From Yuukianura sp. NJ FZ-2021 (Eukaryota), in the NCBI GenBank assembly GCA_046563655.1, contig JAJCTO010000018.1, positions 124,001 to 144,783 of the forward strand: a stretch of DNA of 20,783 nt. The letters run 5' to 3'. The notes below the pieces were generated by a model. That model did no database searches and was not told the DNA's origin. It worked only from the letters and a program-made list of their open reading frames with translations. The first letter of the stretch is position 1, and every line of letters starts with the position of its first letter. Made by a program: the position numbers and the translations under genes. Shown here in pieces: positions 19,512-20,783 of the stretch.

Positions 19512-20136
19512 GGCTGACATTTTGGTACGAAAGTTAGGATGTCCTAAGTCACGCCGATCCTAACTATTTAGGAGAAAAGATGGGACTCCTCTAGGATTTC
19601 CTAAGTTGCCGTATTTTGATACGAATCCTAGGACTGTCCTAAGTCTGGAGTTGGGCAATGGGAGATAGGTACTTAGGATCGCCCATATTTTGGTAAAGAT
19701 AGGATTTCCTATCTTTGTCAAAATTCCTCCTAACTTTAGGGTCGGTCTTTCCACGTCCTAAGTCAATCCTAACGATTACTTTATAATGTAAATGTACATT
19801 TATGTGAAAGTTTGACTTCAAATCAATATACTATACTTATATATAATGTACTAATGCAATAATCATTAATTAATATGCATTAATGAATACATTAATGTAC
19901 TATACTATACTATATAATACAATAATTATATTTAATCATAAGCTTTTAATTATTTATAGGAATATTTTTTATTAATAGTAACTATTTAACAGTATTTTAA
20001 AATCCGATAAGTTGTGTTAAAACTTAGGAGGTTCGGGGATCCTATCTTTACCAAAATCTGCTTTGTCCTATCTGTTCCTAAGTTTGGTCCTATCTTAAAG
20101 TTAGGACGTCCTAAGTGTACCAAAATGTCAGCCCTG
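19509..20136. mobile_element. hAT-like MITE (~628 bp) with 20-bp TIRs, TTAGGA/TCCTAA subterminal repeats and an AT-rich core
   Basis: ctgggctgacattttggtac (19509..19528) vs gtaccaaaatgtcagccctg (20117..20136), 1 mismatch. A CAGGG-type end is typical of hAT. No TSD is visible because the left end is fused to the inverted copy. Confidence 0.75.
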
Positions 20137-20783
20137 CTGTCTAATTATCTTCCCAAGGTTATTGTTTCGTGTCCGATTATCAATGCTCTACTTAAAAAAA
20201 AAATAAAATCCCCCTAAGGTTTGACGAGACTGGATTTAATTGTCGGATTAAGTTATGCGGGCTACAATCGAAACCCCATTTATATTGTCAGGAGCAGGTT
20301 CTGTAAACGGCTTTGCCAGTTGAAAACTTTGGATTCCTTGGGGTTATGCAATATTTGGGTTAGTCTACGTTAGCTATAATTTTGATTGATTTGAACATTT
20401 GCATACAATATTTTTCAAACATGCAGGTCGGCCCTGAGGATCGAGCATTACTGAAACAAAAACATGAGCGGATCAAATTTTATAAAAGATGGAAATGAGT
20501 TCTAAAGTGGTAACTAGTGGGTGGTTCAAATTGCAATCTGTTACTTTGAAATACTTATTTAAATTTACACGTAGCCGGAAAACAGTTGGCATAACGTTTT
20601 CCAACCCTTTATTGAATGTTTTTTAATAGATACATGAATAAATCTTTTTCACACAACCAACTTTTTATAGGAATTTACAAGACTTTTCTGATACATTGCT
20701 TCATTTTGAGAGTAAAAATTGCCGATAGGCCACTTATCTTTTGGATTTTGCACATTTTGTAGTTCAACAATATGTTTTTGAAA

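Noticed and set aside
20137..20783. Right-hand AT-rich tail
   Set aside because: No supportable ORF, repeat or RNA gene seen.

Overview
Eukaryotic, intron-containing DNA, most likely from an arthropod: it carries TTAGG telomere-type motifs and short AT-rich GT-AG introns. The style resembles a springtail-type genome, but that is only an impression. The window has four parts. (1) A ~2.64 kb segmental duplication (1..2639 = 13775..16428). In each copy an unknown spliced coiled-coil gene sits directly upstream of, and on the same (-) strand as, the 3' half of POP1 (RNase P/MRP subunit), joined through a short head-to-head TTAGG/CCTAA junction. In copy 2 the exon phases allow one open 731-aa orphan::POP1-C-terminal fusion ORF, and the differences between the copies are skewed towards synonymous changes. 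(2) A decaying tandem array of five copies or fragments of an LRR-like gene (3.4-13.1 kb, - strand). (3) Several non-autonomous DNA transposons: a Harbinger-like MITE with TTA TSD, a hAT-like MITE with 8-bp TSD plus a probable excision footprint in a paralog, a 31-bp-TIR element, a Helentron-like element, and a head-to-head hAT-like pair. (4) A 29-30 bp satellite with a 147-bp higher-order repeat, bounded by TTAGG motifs. There are no prokaryotic features, CRISPR arrays or RNA genes. All alignments and counts were done by eye.
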